A stretch of 22,417 bases of DNA from a virus (taxonomy: Duplodnaviria; Heunggongvirae; Uroviricota; Caudoviricetes): the IMG/VR virus record IMGVR_UViG_2609459831_000017; one strand, 5' to 3'. Below, piece after piece: positions 1-9,906 of this stretch. The position numbers and the translations under genes were made by a program. The notes beneath the pieces are model-generated. The model was not told the origin of the DNA, did not search any database, and saw only the letters and a list, made by a program, of their open reading frames with translations. Numbering within the stretch: the first letter of the stretch is position 1; each line of letters begins with the position of its first letter.

Positions 1-1284
1 TTACAGACTTCTGGAAGGTTGCGCAGCTCTTACAACACGCGGTTGATCTTCCGCAGCGTCTTCCAGCGCACTTAAATCACGGTCTTTCACCTCTGGCATT
101 TTCAGCGCAGAGATTAAACCAATCACTGAATATGCCATGATCATAATGGCGATCGGATACCAGGATTCCGTCATGGTGCAGAAAATACCCGCCAGGATAG
201 GACCAAAACCGGAAGCGATAAGACCACCAATTTCTTTAGAAATAGCCATCCGGGTAAAGCGGTTTTTACAGCCGAACATTTCTGCCATGGTAATGTTTTC
301 CAGAGCAAATAATCCCAGCACCGCACAGTTATGAATCACAATCAGTGCAACCATAATGGTGCTCGGGGCATAGCTTTTATCTACAATGATAGAAAGCATT
401 GGCCATGCCAGCACAATCGCGGAGGTATTCATAATAATATACGGGATCCGGCGACCAATTTTATCGGATAACCAACCAAGGAACGGAATGGTCATAAAGC
501 CGAGAATCGAACTGATCATCAATGCATCTGTTGGAATTGCTTTGTTAAACAATAACGTCTGCACTAAATAGCCTGCAAGGAAAGTCTGAATTAACTCGGA
601 GTTACCCGCCTGACCAAAACGCAGCCCTGTTGCCAGCCAGAAGGATTTGCTCTGGAACATGCTACCAGCAGGTGCAGGTTTTGCTGTCGGTTGGTTACTG
701 TCGTTAACCTTCTCAAAGACCGGGCTTTCTTTCAGATTCATACGCAACCAGATAGCAAAGACCATCACGACAACGCTCGCCAGGAACGGTATACGCCATC
801 CCCACGCCAGCAGTTCCTCTTTACTGAGAATGAAGAACATAAAGGCCCAGATTGCCGTTGCGCTCAAGGTTCCGCAGTTAGTTCCCATAGCCACAAATGA
901 GGAGATAATTCCGCGCTTACCTTTTGGCGCATATTCCGCCAGCATCGTACCGGCACCGGAAATTTCCGCACCTGCACCCAACCCCTGAATAATACGCAAC
1001 GTCACCAGCAAGATGGGTGCAAAAACACCAATCTGTGCATAGGTCGGTAACACACCAATTAAGGTGGTACAGATCCCCATCATGGTGATGGTAATAAAGA
1101 GCACTTTTTTACGCCCTATTCTGTCGCCCATTTTGCCGAAAATAAATGCTCCGACAATACGCGCCACATAACCTGCACCGTAGGTTCCCATTGCCAGAAT
1201 TAACGCCATTGCCGTTGATGATTCAGGAAAAAATATTTCATGAAACACTAACGCTGCGCCGAGCGAATATAACTGGAAATCCAT
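1..1284 (-). CDS. ydfJ: MFS transporter (metabolite:H+ symporter type), probably N-terminally truncated by the prophage insertion
   Basis: 427-aa ORF with ATG at 1282-1284 and TAA at 1-3. Multi-pass hydrophobic profile; the MFS loop 2-3 motif G-x-x-x-D-R-x-G-R-K (GKMGDRIGRKK) sits at residues ~50-60, leaving room for only one helix ahead of it. Confidence 0.85.
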   Translation of the reverse strand: MDFQLYSLGAALVFHEIFFPESSTAMALILAMGTYGAGYVARIVGAFIFGKMGDRIGRKKVLFITITMMGICTTLIGVLPTYAQIGVFAPILLVTLRIIQGLGAGAEISGAGTMLAEYAPKGKRGIISSFVAMGTNCGTLSATAIWAFMFFILSKEELLAWGWRIPFLASVVVMVFAIWLRMNLKESPVFEKVNDSNQPTAKPAPAGSMFQSKSFWLATGLRFGQAGNSELIQTFLAGYLVQTLLFNKAIPTDALMISSILGFMTIPFLGWLSDKIGRRIPYIIMNTSAIVLAWPMLSIIVDKSYAPSTIMVALIVIHNCAVLGLFALENITMAEMFGCKNRFTRMAISKEIGGLIASGFGPILAGIFCTMTESWYPIAIMIMAYSVIGLISALKMPEVKDRDLSALEDAAEDQPRVVRAAQPSRSL

Positions 1285-1886
1285 AATTCACAGGTGTTTT
1301 TTCCCATCCTGTGGTTTCCTTGGCGTTTTCTAGGTTTTTTCAGATAGTTGCATTTTTTAAAAAGCATCCTAAGTTCGATCTCAGTGTCTATCTGGGGCCT
1401 ATTTCTGTCCCATATATGCCCCAAAAAAACTCCCCAACAGATAAGTAGTTTTTTCATGGATTTATGCGTAAAATCAAGAACGGCTGGAAATCATTCAATA
1501 CTCACACTATCGAAAAATTTACCAGCCAACCGCAGCACGTTCTTGCATAAGGCGTGTCTGCGGTTTTTCAACTATTCAGATACATCACTCCCATCACATT
1601 CATTCCTCCGCATCAAAGGCATATAGGCTATATCACCTTGATATTTTTCTTTTTCAGATAAAAACTGTTATCTATGTATACTTTTAAACCCAATCCGTGT
1701 AGAGTCTCTGCATAAGATAGTTTGCAGTTGCCGCTTCAGCTTGCGCCATAACCGCCTGATTTTTGCTGCCACCTGTTAGCATTCCTGTATACCTGAAACG
1801 ACAATGTTTATCTACGAACTTTAAGAACACCCAAGATAAAAATTGTCAACTATATCATATATAACACATTACTAATTCGAGGCTAT

Positions 1887-2000
1887 ATGAACAGCATACT
1901 GATAATCACTTCTCTCCTTATCATATTCAGCATTTTTAGTCATGCCCTAATAAAATTAGGGATTGGCATATCCAATAACCCAGACAAAACCGATGTATAA
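1887..2000 (+). CDS. candidate small hydrophobic protein (37 aa, [37 protein letters not shown])
   Basis: ATG at 1887 preceded by GAGG at 1879-1882, TAA at 1998-2000. One predicted transmembrane helix plus a polar tail. Below the ORF-track cutoff; translated by hand. Confidence 0.3.
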
Positions 2001-2068
2001 GTCAACATATCCTGAATCAGACATACAATATCGCAATGAAAATCAATAATATTTTAAGGAATATCTTC

Positions 2069-2302
2069 ATGAAATCAAAAGACACCCTAAAGTGGTTCCC
2101 TGCGCAGCTTCCTGAAGTAAGAATTATCCTATGGGATGCTGTAGTGGAAGTAGCAAAACAGGGAAGACCTATCAATACCAGAACATTGCTTGATTACATT
2201 GAAGGAAACATAAAGAAAAAATCATGGCTGGATAACAAAGAATTATTACAAACAGCGATATCAGTTCTTAAAGACAACCAAAATTTAAATGGTAAAATGT
2301 AA
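2069..2302 (+). CDS. ydfK: YdfK/YnaE-family prophage protein (cold-shock-associated, function unknown)
   Basis: 77-aa product from ATG 2069 (MKSKDTLKWFPAQLPEV...) with AAGGA 9 nt upstream. Matches recalled K-12 YdfK/YnaE; the track ORF starts 11 codons earlier at 2036. Confidence 0.8.
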   Translation: MKSKDTLKWFPAQLPEVRIILWDAVVEVAKQGRPINTRTLLDYIEGNIKKKSWLDNKELLQTAISVLKDNQNLNGKM

Positions 2303-2618
2303 TATAATAAACTTACTTTTTTATCATTTTTCCACTTTAACAACATTTTGCTCCACTTTTCCACGACCAAACAACTTAAAATCTGGTTAAAATAACACGA
2401 AACACTATTCTTCTTCCTTGAGTCCGCCCGGAACTCGAAAAACAAACCGAGTTAAAGCCATTTTTCACAAAATCGATTTTGGGTCTCACCAAAATTACGG
2501 GGTTGCATACGCATTCGTTTATTTTCGAACGTGTACATACAAATATGCACAAAAATAATCAAAATTATTTTCTGCGATGCATTATGATATGAACACCAAT
2601 TTCGTATAGAGTCTCACT

Positions 2619-3209
2619 ATGTCTCGAATTTTTGCTTACTGTCGGATATCAACGCTGGATCAGACCACCGAAAATCAACGCCGGGAAATCGAAAGTGCAG
2701 GTTTTAAAATCAAACCTCAGCAAATAATCGAAGAACACATTAGCGGCTCAGCAGCAACCAGTGAGCGTCCTAGTTTTAACCGGTTGCTTGCTCGCCTGAA
2801 ATGTGGTGATCAATTGATTGTGACAAAACTGGATCGCCTTGGTTGTAATGCAATGGATATCAGGAAAACAGTGGAACAACTGACCGAAACAGGTATCAGA
2901 GTGCATTGCTTAGCATTGGGGGGCATTGACTTGACCAGTCCAACAGGAAAAATGATGATGCAAGTAATTTCAGCAGTTGCTGAATTTGAACGAGACCTTT
3001 TACTTGAACGCACTCATTCCGGGATAGTAAGAGCCCGCGGCGCAGGGAAACGTTTTGGTCGACCACCTGTGTTAAATGAAGAACAGAAACAGGTGGTATT
3101 CGAACGAATTAAGTCAGGTGTAAGTATAAGTGCCATTGCCCGGGAATTCAAAACCTCGCGGCAAACCATTTTAAGAGCCAAAGCAAAACTTCAGACACCT
3201 GACATATAA
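2619..3209 (+). CDS. pinQ: serine recombinase, DNA invertase (Pin/Gin/Hin family)
   Basis: 196 aa. N-terminal resolvase motif with catalytic Ser in YCRISTLDQ and a C-terminal helix-turn-helix; close match to recalled PinQ/PinE/Gin. Confidence 0.9.
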   Translation: MSRIFAYCRISTLDQTTENQRREIESAGFKIKPQQIIEEHISGSAATSERPSFNRLLARLKCGDQLIVTKLDRLGCNAMDIRKTVEQLTETGIRVHCLALGGIDLTSPTGKMMMQVISAVAEFERDLLLERTHSGIVRARGAGKRFGRPPVLNEEQKQVVFERIKSGVSISAIAREFKTSRQTILRAKAKLQTPDI

Positions 3210-3306
3210 AAAATAATCTCGGTGTGAGATGCTTTACGTCTTCCAAGCCCCCTTCCTTGCCGTAAATGGAAAGATACATCTAATTAAAGAATTTATATGT
3301 TTTACC

Positions 3307-3882
3307 CTACGGCAGTGCTGGCCATTCAATATCCTGTGCAGTTGACGTATCAACACGGTTCAGCAATACCCGATACTTTTTCCATGCTTCCAGCAACGAG
3401 ATTTCTTCCTCCGTTGCAATTTCCAGATCTGCAGCATCCTGAAGCGGCGCAATATGCTCACTGGCTACCTGCATCAGGTTGTTTTTTGTTTCTTCCGCCT
3501 CCCGGATCCGGAACAGTTTTTCTGCTTCCGTATCCTTCACCCAGGCTGTGCCGTTCCACTTCTGAAACTCCCCTTCCGGCGATAACCAGGTAACATTTTT
3601 CGGTAACGGACCGAGTTCAGAAATAAATAACGCGTCGCCGGAAGCCACGTCATAAACCGTTTTACCCCGATGATCTTCAACGAGATGCCACGATGACTCA
3701 TCACTGTTGAAAACAGCCACGAAGCCAGCCGGAATATCTGGCGGTGCAATATCGGTACTGTTTGCTGGCAGACCTGTATGAGGCGGAATATATGCATCAC
3801 CTTCACCAATAAATTCATTAGTTCCGGCCAGCAGATTATAAATTGTTATGGTCCGTGGTTGTTCACTCATTCTGAATGCCAT
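3307..3882 (-). CDS. tfaQ: tail fiber assembly protein
   Basis: 191 aa; matches recalled TfaQ/lambda Tfa. Its start overlaps the stf stop (TAATG). Confidence 0.85.
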   Translation of the reverse strand: MAFRMSEQPRTITIYNLLAGTNEFIGEGDAYIPPHTGLPANSTDIAPPDIPAGFVAVFNSDESSWHLVEDHRGKTVYDVASGDALFISELGPLPKNVTWLSPEGEFQKWNGTAWVKDTEAEKLFRIREAEETKNNLMQVASEHIAPLQDAADLEIATEEEISLLEAWKKYRVLLNRVDTSTAQDIEWPALP

Positions 3883-6800
3883 TATGCAAGCCTCACAATA
3901 TAGTTAAATGCGATGTTTTTGACGGTGTTTTCCGCGTTACCAGCAGCGTTAACGGTGATGGTGTGTCCATGTGAGCCAATCGCAACGGAGTGCGTATGAG
4001 CACCAATACCGACAGTATGTGCGTGTGCACCTGCGCTTGCAGCAGTACCCGATACAGAGTGCGTATGAGCGCCTGCAGAAGAAGTGTTAACACTGTATTT
4101 AGAATAATCAGGTGATCCACTTCCCGGAGCACCACTGGAACCACCTGAAACAAATGTCATCGAATGGGTATGTGCACCGGCTGAAGCAGCCGTACCGCTA
4201 ACACTATGGGTATGTGCACCAGTGTTATTCGTGGATTTAGTGCCGTAATCAAACGATGATGTGGTTTTCGTCCCCAAATCCGTACTGGATGCGCTGGCGC
4301 TGTGGGTGTGCGATTTAATGCCGTCCTGTTCCTGAGACAATACGGCACGACCACTGGCGGGCTTGCCCTTAATCGTCCAGCCACGCATATCAGGAATAAC
4401 GCCTGACGGATAAGCCACTGCAAGTTTCGGGTATGCAGATTTGTCAAAAGTCTGCCCCTGCATCAGGGCATAGCCAGACGGAACGGTATCTGATGGCCAC
4501 GGGATTGGTGCGCCGACTGGGTAGCTTTCTGGTGGAAGATTTTTCGAGGTATAAACTTCTGCCCAGTCATCCTCAAAACCATAACCGTCTCTTGAAGAAC
4601 GGTAGAACAGACCACCATTTCTGTAATGCGCCTTCATCTGCAAGGTCCGGCAACTTCCGACTCCGGTATAGAAGTTAACCAGAATATAGCTGTCGCCAGA
4701 GCGGGTGACATTGTAAGCACCTGATTCGGCATTCCAGGGAACGCCACCATCCGCATCGGCATATGTATCCGTTGCCCTTCTGGCAAAAGCAGCCACATGC
4801 GCGGCGGTTAAAGTAATATCTCTGGAACCATCAAACTCAACACCAGAAACCAGTCTTGGCGTTTGCAGCTTTGTTGCTGTTAATGCATTACCGTTCAGAC
4901 TTGCGGACAGTTTGGTTCCAATAACCAGTTCGCCGGTTGCGTTATAAATAGCAAACGGTCTTAATGTATTCCAGCCACCATAAACATCACCTTGATTGGT
5001 AAGCAGCAGGTAAGTTTTAGCGCCATCATTACGCCATAATGCACCATACTCCCCACCTATCATTCGAATCTGATTACCACCACGCGCTACAATTTCGTCT
5101 GTGGCAAAAAGTTTTTTGCACGACAAATTATCGTTAACGATTAACGAATGAGACTCATAAAAACCACGCCCACTCTTAAAATCAAGGATAACGTCCGCCG
5201 CGATACATTCAGTCGCTGGATTTGTTGCCCCAAACTTATAGGTCGTATCATTAACAACGAGATCAGCACCAGGTGCGGATATTGACAGGCCATCTTCGAT
5301 AAACGCAAAAACAGGGAAAGCAGCGCCATCAACATAGAACACAGAGCGCAAATCATCGCCCTTATTACTCATCATTATTGAGTGGATGGCTCGTTCATTG
5401 TTTTGATATTGCCAGAACATTCCATAAGCATAACGCCCCCTGTCAGTCCAGCCACCAGGCATAACAAATCCGTTAAACTCGCAGTTATTCATCGGATCGC
5501 CTGCGGTTCGCGTTGCCGTGGTGATAATGACCCTTGATGCCAGTTCGCTTACTGAGCCAGCAGAACGCATAACAACAACAGGGTAATATTTTCCAGATGT
5601 TGCACCTGCAGGAGCGTTAACCCGCACATAACGCATACCACGCTTATCAGCAAAGTCTGTTTTACTGACCGCGTTAATGTTGTTCAGGAAGCGTCCCTTA
5701 TCGGGTATATCAGTGCCGTTCTGGTCTTTCTGCAGACGTTTCTCTGCATTGTCATAGGCTGATTTTACTGCCTTTGGCGTTGCCGCCAGCGTTTCAGACG
5801 TACTGTTGGTCGCACTGCTGAGCTGTACTATCCCCTTTTTCGTCGTGCTCGCATCCTCAAGCGCCACGGCGGATGCAATATCCTCTGCCCGTTTTGCTGC
5901 TGTCTCGGCGCGCGTTGCCGCGGATTCCGCCGTACTTTTGCTCTGAGCTGCCGCCGTCGCACTGCCAGCTGCCTCTGTCGCCTTCGTGGATGCCGTCGTG
6001 GCGCTGCCCTTCGCTGCTGACGCCTGTCTGGTCGCCTCATCTTTTGAAGCAGACGCCGATGATGCCGATGACGCCGCCGAACTGGCTGACGATGCGGCAG
6101 CCGTTTTTGAGGATTCTGCGCTGGTTTCCGACGCTTTCGCGTTCGTTTCGGATGTCTTCGCTGCGGAAGCTGACCTCGCTGCTACCGTGGCCTGTTCAGT
6201 GGCTTCGCCAGCCTTCGTTGTGGCTGTTGAAGCGGATGATGCGGCGCTTTCTGCCGACTTTCCGGCAGCGGTGGCACTGGCTGAGGCCTGCCCGGCATTT
6301 GTTGACGCGGCGCTGGCAGATGAGGCAGCCGCTGTTTTTGAGTCTGCTGCTGCGGAGGCACTCTGTCCCGCTGCCGTCTCAGAAGACTTTGCGTTCGTCT
6401 CGGACGTTTTTGCCGCCTTCGCGGAAGTTCCTGCCGCTGTTGCCGAGGAGGCTGCACGACTGGCGCTCGAGGCTGCGCTCGTTTCTGATGATTTTGCCGC
6501 CTCTTTTGAAGCCGACGCATCCCTGGCTGAGGTGGCAGCTTCTGACGCTTTCGTGGTCGCGGTGGATGCAGAAGTGGCGGCTGATTGTTCTGACGCTGCC
6601 GCATTCGTTTCTGACGTTTTCGCCGCACCGGCACTGGTAGCCGCCGCGCTTTTTGAGGACTCTGCAGCGGCAGCACTTTTTGAGGCTTCAGTGGCCTTTG
6701 TTGATGCCGTTCCTGCGCTGGAAGACGCTGACTGAGCCGACGACGCGGCCTGTCCGGCTGACGTGCTGGCTGCACGTGCTGAATCTGCAGCATCAGTCGC

Positions 6801-7232
6801 ACGGGTTGCCGCCTCACTGGCAGATGTGCTGGCATCACTGGCTGACTTCTTTGCGGCTGCCGTGTTCTGTGCCACCACGGACGCGTTACGCGCCACCTCT
6901 TCCACCATCAGTTCAAAACGACGCAGTGCCTCCGGACGGGCATCATCCTCCGTCATGGCACCGAGAAAATCATTCAGCGTACCGGGTTGAGAATCTTCAT
7001 ACACGGTGATGGTCCCGGCATGTGACGGCGGGAATCCCTCCACCAACAGAATAACGCTGTACTGACCGTACTCAACGTCCATGCTGTAACGCCCGGCTTC
7101 ATCCGGATTTTCTGAGGCCAGCGTGTTCACCACCACAGTGGTACTGTTACGTTTTGCTTTCAGCTGGATTGTGCAGTTCTGTACCGGTTTTCCTGTGCCG
7201 TCTTTCAGTACACCTGAAATCTTTACTGCCAT
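3882..7232 (-). CDS. stfQ: side tail fiber protein, full length
   Basis: 1116 aa from ATG at 7230-7232 ([12 protein letters not shown]...) with GGGGTGA Shine-Dalgarno; the track ORF uses an upstream GTG at 7238. Conserved N-terminal baseplate-attachment region, long Ala/Ser/Thr-rich repeat block, and C-terminal His-rich GAHTHS repeats typical of lambda Stf/StfR. Confidence 0.85.
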   Translation of the reverse strand: MAVKISGVLKDGTGKPVQNCTIQLKAKRNSTTVVVNTLASENPDEAGRYSMDVEYGQYSVILLVEGFPPSHAGTITVYEDSQPGTLNDFLGAMTEDDARPEALRRFELMVEEVARNASVVAQNTAAAKKSASDASTSASEAATRATDAADSARAASTSAGQAASSAQSASSSAGTASTKATEASKSAAAAESSKSAAATSAGAAKTSETNAAASEQSAATSASTATTKASEAATSARDASASKEAAKSSETSAASSASRAASSATAAGTSAKAAKTSETNAKSSETAAGQSASAAADSKTAAASSASAASTNAGQASASATAAGKSAESAASSASTATTKAGEATEQATVAARSASAAKTSETNAKASETSAESSKTAAASSASSAASSASSASASKDEATRQASAAKGSATTASTKATEAAGSATAAAQSKSTAESAATRAETAAKRAEDIASAVALEDASTTKKGIVQLSSATNSTSETLAATPKAVKSAYDNAEKRLQKDQNGTDIPDKGRFLNNINAVSKTDFADKRGMRYVRVNAPAGATSGKYYPVVVMRSAGSVSELASRVIITTATRTAGDPMNNCEFNGFVMPGGWTDRGRYAYGMFWQYQNNERAIHSIMMSNKGDDLRSVFYVDGAAFPVFAFIEDGLSISAPGADLVVNDTTYKFGATNPATECIAADVILDFKSGRGFYESHSLIVNDNLSCKKLFATDEIVARGGNQIRMIGGEYGALWRNDGAKTYLLLTNQGDVYGGWNTLRPFAIYNATGELVIGTKLSASLNGNALTATKLQTPRLVSGVEFDGSRDITLTAAHVAAFARRATDTYADADGGVPWNAESGAYNVTRSGDSYILVNFYTGVGSCRTLQMKAHYRNGGLFYRSSRDGYGFEDDWAEVYTSKNLPPESYPVGAPIPWPSDTVPSGYALMQGQTFDKSAYPKLAVAYPSGVIPDMRGWTIKGKPASGRAVLSQEQDGIKSHTHSASASSTDLGTKTTSSFDYGTKSTNNTGAHTHSVSGTAASAGAHTHSMTFVSGGSSGAPGSGSPDYSKYSVNTSSAGAHTHSVSGTAASAGAHAHTVGIGAHTHSVAIGSHGHTITVNAAGNAENTVKNIAFNYIVRLA
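5885..6875 (-). repeat. imperfect tandem low-complexity coding repeats (Ala/Ser/Thr-rich) inside stf
   Basis: Reiterated motifs ([18 protein letters not shown]) in the Stf product. The GC-rich repeat DNA produces long artefactual ORFs in other frames on both strands of the track. Confidence 0.6.
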
Positions 7233-7234
7233 AT

Positions 7235-7381
7235 TCACCCCACAAAAAAGCCCGCCTGAACCGGCGGGCTGTCATAACACTGTGTTACCTGGCTAATGGC
7301 CATTGCGGCGGCACCGGGCACCGCCGTTTTGCTGATACGGCTGAGGTTTTCAACGGCCTGCTCAAGACCTTTTATGGCCAT
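7235..7381 (-). pseudogene. remnant of lambda tail gene Z (first ~29 codons only)
   Basis: Minus-strand ATG at 7379-7381, 12 nt downstream of the FII stop, translates MAIKGLEQAVENLSRISKTAVPGAAAMAI, matching the recalled lambda gpZ N-terminus, then diverges into unrelated sequence and stops at 7235-7237. Confidence 0.6.
7243..7270 (-). terminator. predicted intrinsic terminator immediately upstream of the stf ribosome-binding site
   Basis: 8-bp GC-rich stem (7249-7256 pairing 7263-7270) with a 6-nt loop, followed on the minus strand by TTTTTTG. Confidence 0.45.
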
Positions 7382-7392
7382 ACATCCCCCTT

Positions 7393-7746
7393 TCAGCGGC
7401 GACGGTTAACGGCAGGCGGTACGCCCCGTCCAAGCCAGAGATGACAACTTCCGCCATCATCCGGCGAAACCCGATCTACCCAGAAATTTTCCTCACCGAT
7501 GGTCAGCGTGTCTCCACGCCGCAGCTGCCGCACCTCATCAGTCCGGACAAACAGGGACGGGCTGGAGCCTTCAACGCGCACGCCCTGTCCGGCATAGCTG
7601 ATATTTTCAGGGTCATCAAAAACACCACGTATCACAGCACCGGACTGCTCACCGGATGTCATGGTGGCTGACGTTCCCATGTACCCGCGTATCGTTTCAT
7701 CGGCGCGGGCAATGGCAGCATCGAACAGGTTATCGAAATCAGCCAC
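7393..7746 (-). CDS. FII: head-tail joining protein FII
   Basis: 117 aa (MADFDNLFDAAIARADETIRGYMG...VNRRR), near-identical to recalled lambda gpFII. Confidence 0.9.
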   Translation of the reverse strand: MADFDNLFDAAIARADETIRGYMGTSATMTSGEQSGAVIRGVFDDPENISYAGQGVRVEGSSPSLFVRTDEVRQLRRGDTLTIGEENFWVDRVSPDDGGSCHLWLGRGVPPAVNRRR

Positions 7747-7757
7747 AGCGCCTCCCG

Positions 7758-8156
7758 TTATTGCATTCTGGCCAGGCCGCGCGCTGTCATTTCAGCTGAC
7801 ACACCGGCAGAGACACGAAACGCCGTTCCCGGCAGCACAAATGCCACAGGTTCATCCCGCGTGGCGTGAAGTGCATCAGTATGCAGCGTCACCAGTGCCA
7901 CGACCGTGACCAGTTCAGACGTATCCAGAATCACGGTATCCGGCTGCGCTGATCCCACCTCATTTTCATGTCCGGTCAGCACATTTTCCCGGCTGAGAGG
8001 GGTGTCCTGACCGGCAGTTTCATCCGTGTCATCAAGCTCCTCTTCCAGCTCTGCCACACGGAGCGCCAGTTCTTCTTTCGTCCCCGTCAGGCTGACATCA
8101 CGGTTCAGTTGTTCACCCAGCGAGCGGAGACGGGCAATCAGTTCATCTTTCGTCAT
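7758..8156 (-). CDS. FI: DNA packaging protein FI
   Basis: 132 aa from ATG at 8154-8156 (MTKDELIARLRSLGEQLN...), matching recalled lambda gpFI; the track ORF extends 13 codons upstream to a GTG. Confidence 0.85.
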   Translation of the reverse strand: MTKDELIARLRSLGEQLNRDVSLTGTKEELALRVAELEEELDDTDETAGQDTPLSRENVLTGHENEVGSAQPDTVILDTSELVTVVALVTLHTDALHATRDEPVAFVLPGTAFRVSAGVSAEMTARGLARMQ

Positions 8157-8197
8157 GGACTCCTCCACAGAGAGAAAATGGCCCCGAAGGGCCATGA

Positions 8198-8674
8198 TTA
8201 CGCCAGTTGAACGGCCACGAACTCATCAGGATCAGCCAGCAGCATCAGCGGTGCTGACTGAATCATGGTGAACTCTCGCGCCGGATCGCCGGATGTCTTC
8301 CAGTTTTTCGGATAACGGGGAGACGCATTAATACCCTCACTCAATGCATCCGCATCCTGAATACAGCCATAGGTGCGCAGACCGCGTGCATGAGTGTTAC
8401 CCAGCACCATCGTGTTGTCCGGCAGGAAGTTCTTTTTGACGCCGTTTTCCACGTACTGTCCGGAATACACGACGATGGCCACATCGCCATACATCCCCTT
8501 ATAGGACACCGCTTTACCCAGGTCTTTCACCGCTGTCTCCAGCTCGGAATGAGAGCCACGACGGGTATCCAGCTTCTCCCTGACGGCTTTGAAGGAACGG
8601 AACAGCGCCCAGCCTTTCGGATCGAACACGATGATATTCACCACACCGCTGGCGTTCAGCGCGTAGGCTTCGAT
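8198..8674 (-). pseudogene. C-terminal fragment of major capsid protein E (about 158 codons), no native start
   Basis: Translation IEAYALNASGVVNIIVFDPKGWALFRSF...VAVQLA matches the C-terminal portion of recalled lambda gpE. The frame continues upstream past 8674 into unrelated codons, offset by one from the A' frame. Confidence 0.8.
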
Positions 8675-9906
8675 ACGCGCATTTCGTAGCGGTCCAGCTG
8701 GGAGTCGATACCGGCGGTCAGGTAAGCCACACGGTCAGGAACGGGCGCTGAATAATGCTCTTTCCGCTCTGCCATCACTTCAGCATCCGGACGTTCACCG
8801 ATTTTCGCTTCCCACGTCTCACCGAGCGTGGTGTTCACGAAGGTTTTACGTTTTCCCGTATCCCCTTTCGTCTTCATCCAGTCTTTGACAATCTGCACCC
8901 AGGTGGTGAACGGACTGTACGCCGTCCAGATGTGAAAGGTCACACTGTCAGGCGGTTCAATCTCTTCACCGGATGACGAAAACCAGAGAATGCCATCACG
9001 GGTCCAGATCCCGGTCTTTTCGCAGATATAACGGGCATCAGTAAAGTCCAGCTCCTGCTGACGGATGACGCAGGCGTTATGCTCACAGAGATAAAACACG
9101 CTGGAGGGGTCATCCGGCATCCATTTGAGGCCAAACGGCGTCTCTTTGTCGCCAAATTTAAGGTACTGCTCCTTCCCGCAGTGCGGGCAGGCAACATGAA
9201 AACGCATAAAATGCGGGGATTCACTGGCTGCACGCTCAATCTGGCAGGTGCCTCTCACTTTGGGCGTGGAGCCACGGATGGACTTTGGCCAGACCGAGCC
9301 TTCAATACGTTTGTCGCCAAGGAACGTCGGAGAGCCTTCCTGTTCAATATCCTCATCAAAGGCAGCAAGTTCATCATAACCCGCCACATCCACCGACTTT
9401 TCACGGTAGTTTTTTGCCGCTTTACCGCCCAGGCACCAGAAGCCACGACCATTGGTGAAACGCTTCATAGTGAGCGTGTTATCCCGGTGCTTTTTGCCAT
9501 ACCACGGAGCCAGCGCCAGCAGCGACGGAATATCGCGGATGGTCGGCTCAACGTGGGTTTTCATAAAGTTCTCGGCATCACCATCCGTCGGCAACCAGAT
9601 AAGTGTGTTGCGCTGCTTATGCTCTATAAAGTAGGCATAAACACCCAGCAGCATTTTGGAATAACCGACACGGGCAGACTTCACCACATTCACCTCACGG
9701 ATGTAGTCGCTGCCCATCGCATTCATGATGGCCCGCTGAAAGGGCAGTGTTTCCCAGCGCCCTTCCTGGTATGCGGATTCTTTCGGGAGATAGTAATTAG
9801 CATCCGCCCATTCAACGGCGGTCTGTGGCTCCGGCCTGAACAGTGAGCGAAGCCCGGCGCGGACAAAATGCCGCAGCCTGTTAACCTGACTGTTCGATAT
9901 ATTCAC
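8656..9906 (-). pseudogene. terminase large subunit A, truncated after ~409 codons
   Basis: MNISNSQVNRLRHFVRAGL...DRYEMRV matches the N-terminal two-thirds of recalled lambda gpA (641 aa), then 5 unrelated codons (SKPTR) and TGA at 8656-8658. The C-terminal region is absent. Confidence 0.85.

Noticed and set aside
137-988. Plus-strand ORFs inside the MFS transporter gene
   Set aside because: Antisense to a well-supported membrane transporter ORF, with no signals of their own.
1248-1626. Two ORFs (69 and 92 aa) in the AT-rich junction region upstream of ydfJ
   Set aside because: Low-complexity products, no convincing ribosome-binding sites, and they overlap the probable prophage/host junction and promoter region.
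2444-2451. AAACCGAG 8-mer resembling the core of a gix/hix crossover half-site
   Set aside because: Flanking bases match the 26-bp recombination site consensus poorly and no inverted partner was found. Kept only as a possible relic in the Pin finding.
5828-7009. Cluster of long ORFs on both strands of the track (70-255 aa, Arg/Pro/Gln-rich or Ala-rich) overlapping stf
   Set aside because: They lie entirely within the GC-rich, codon-repetitive Ala/Ser/Thr tract of stf. Their products are low-complexity and they lack start signals, so they are frame artefacts of the repeat.
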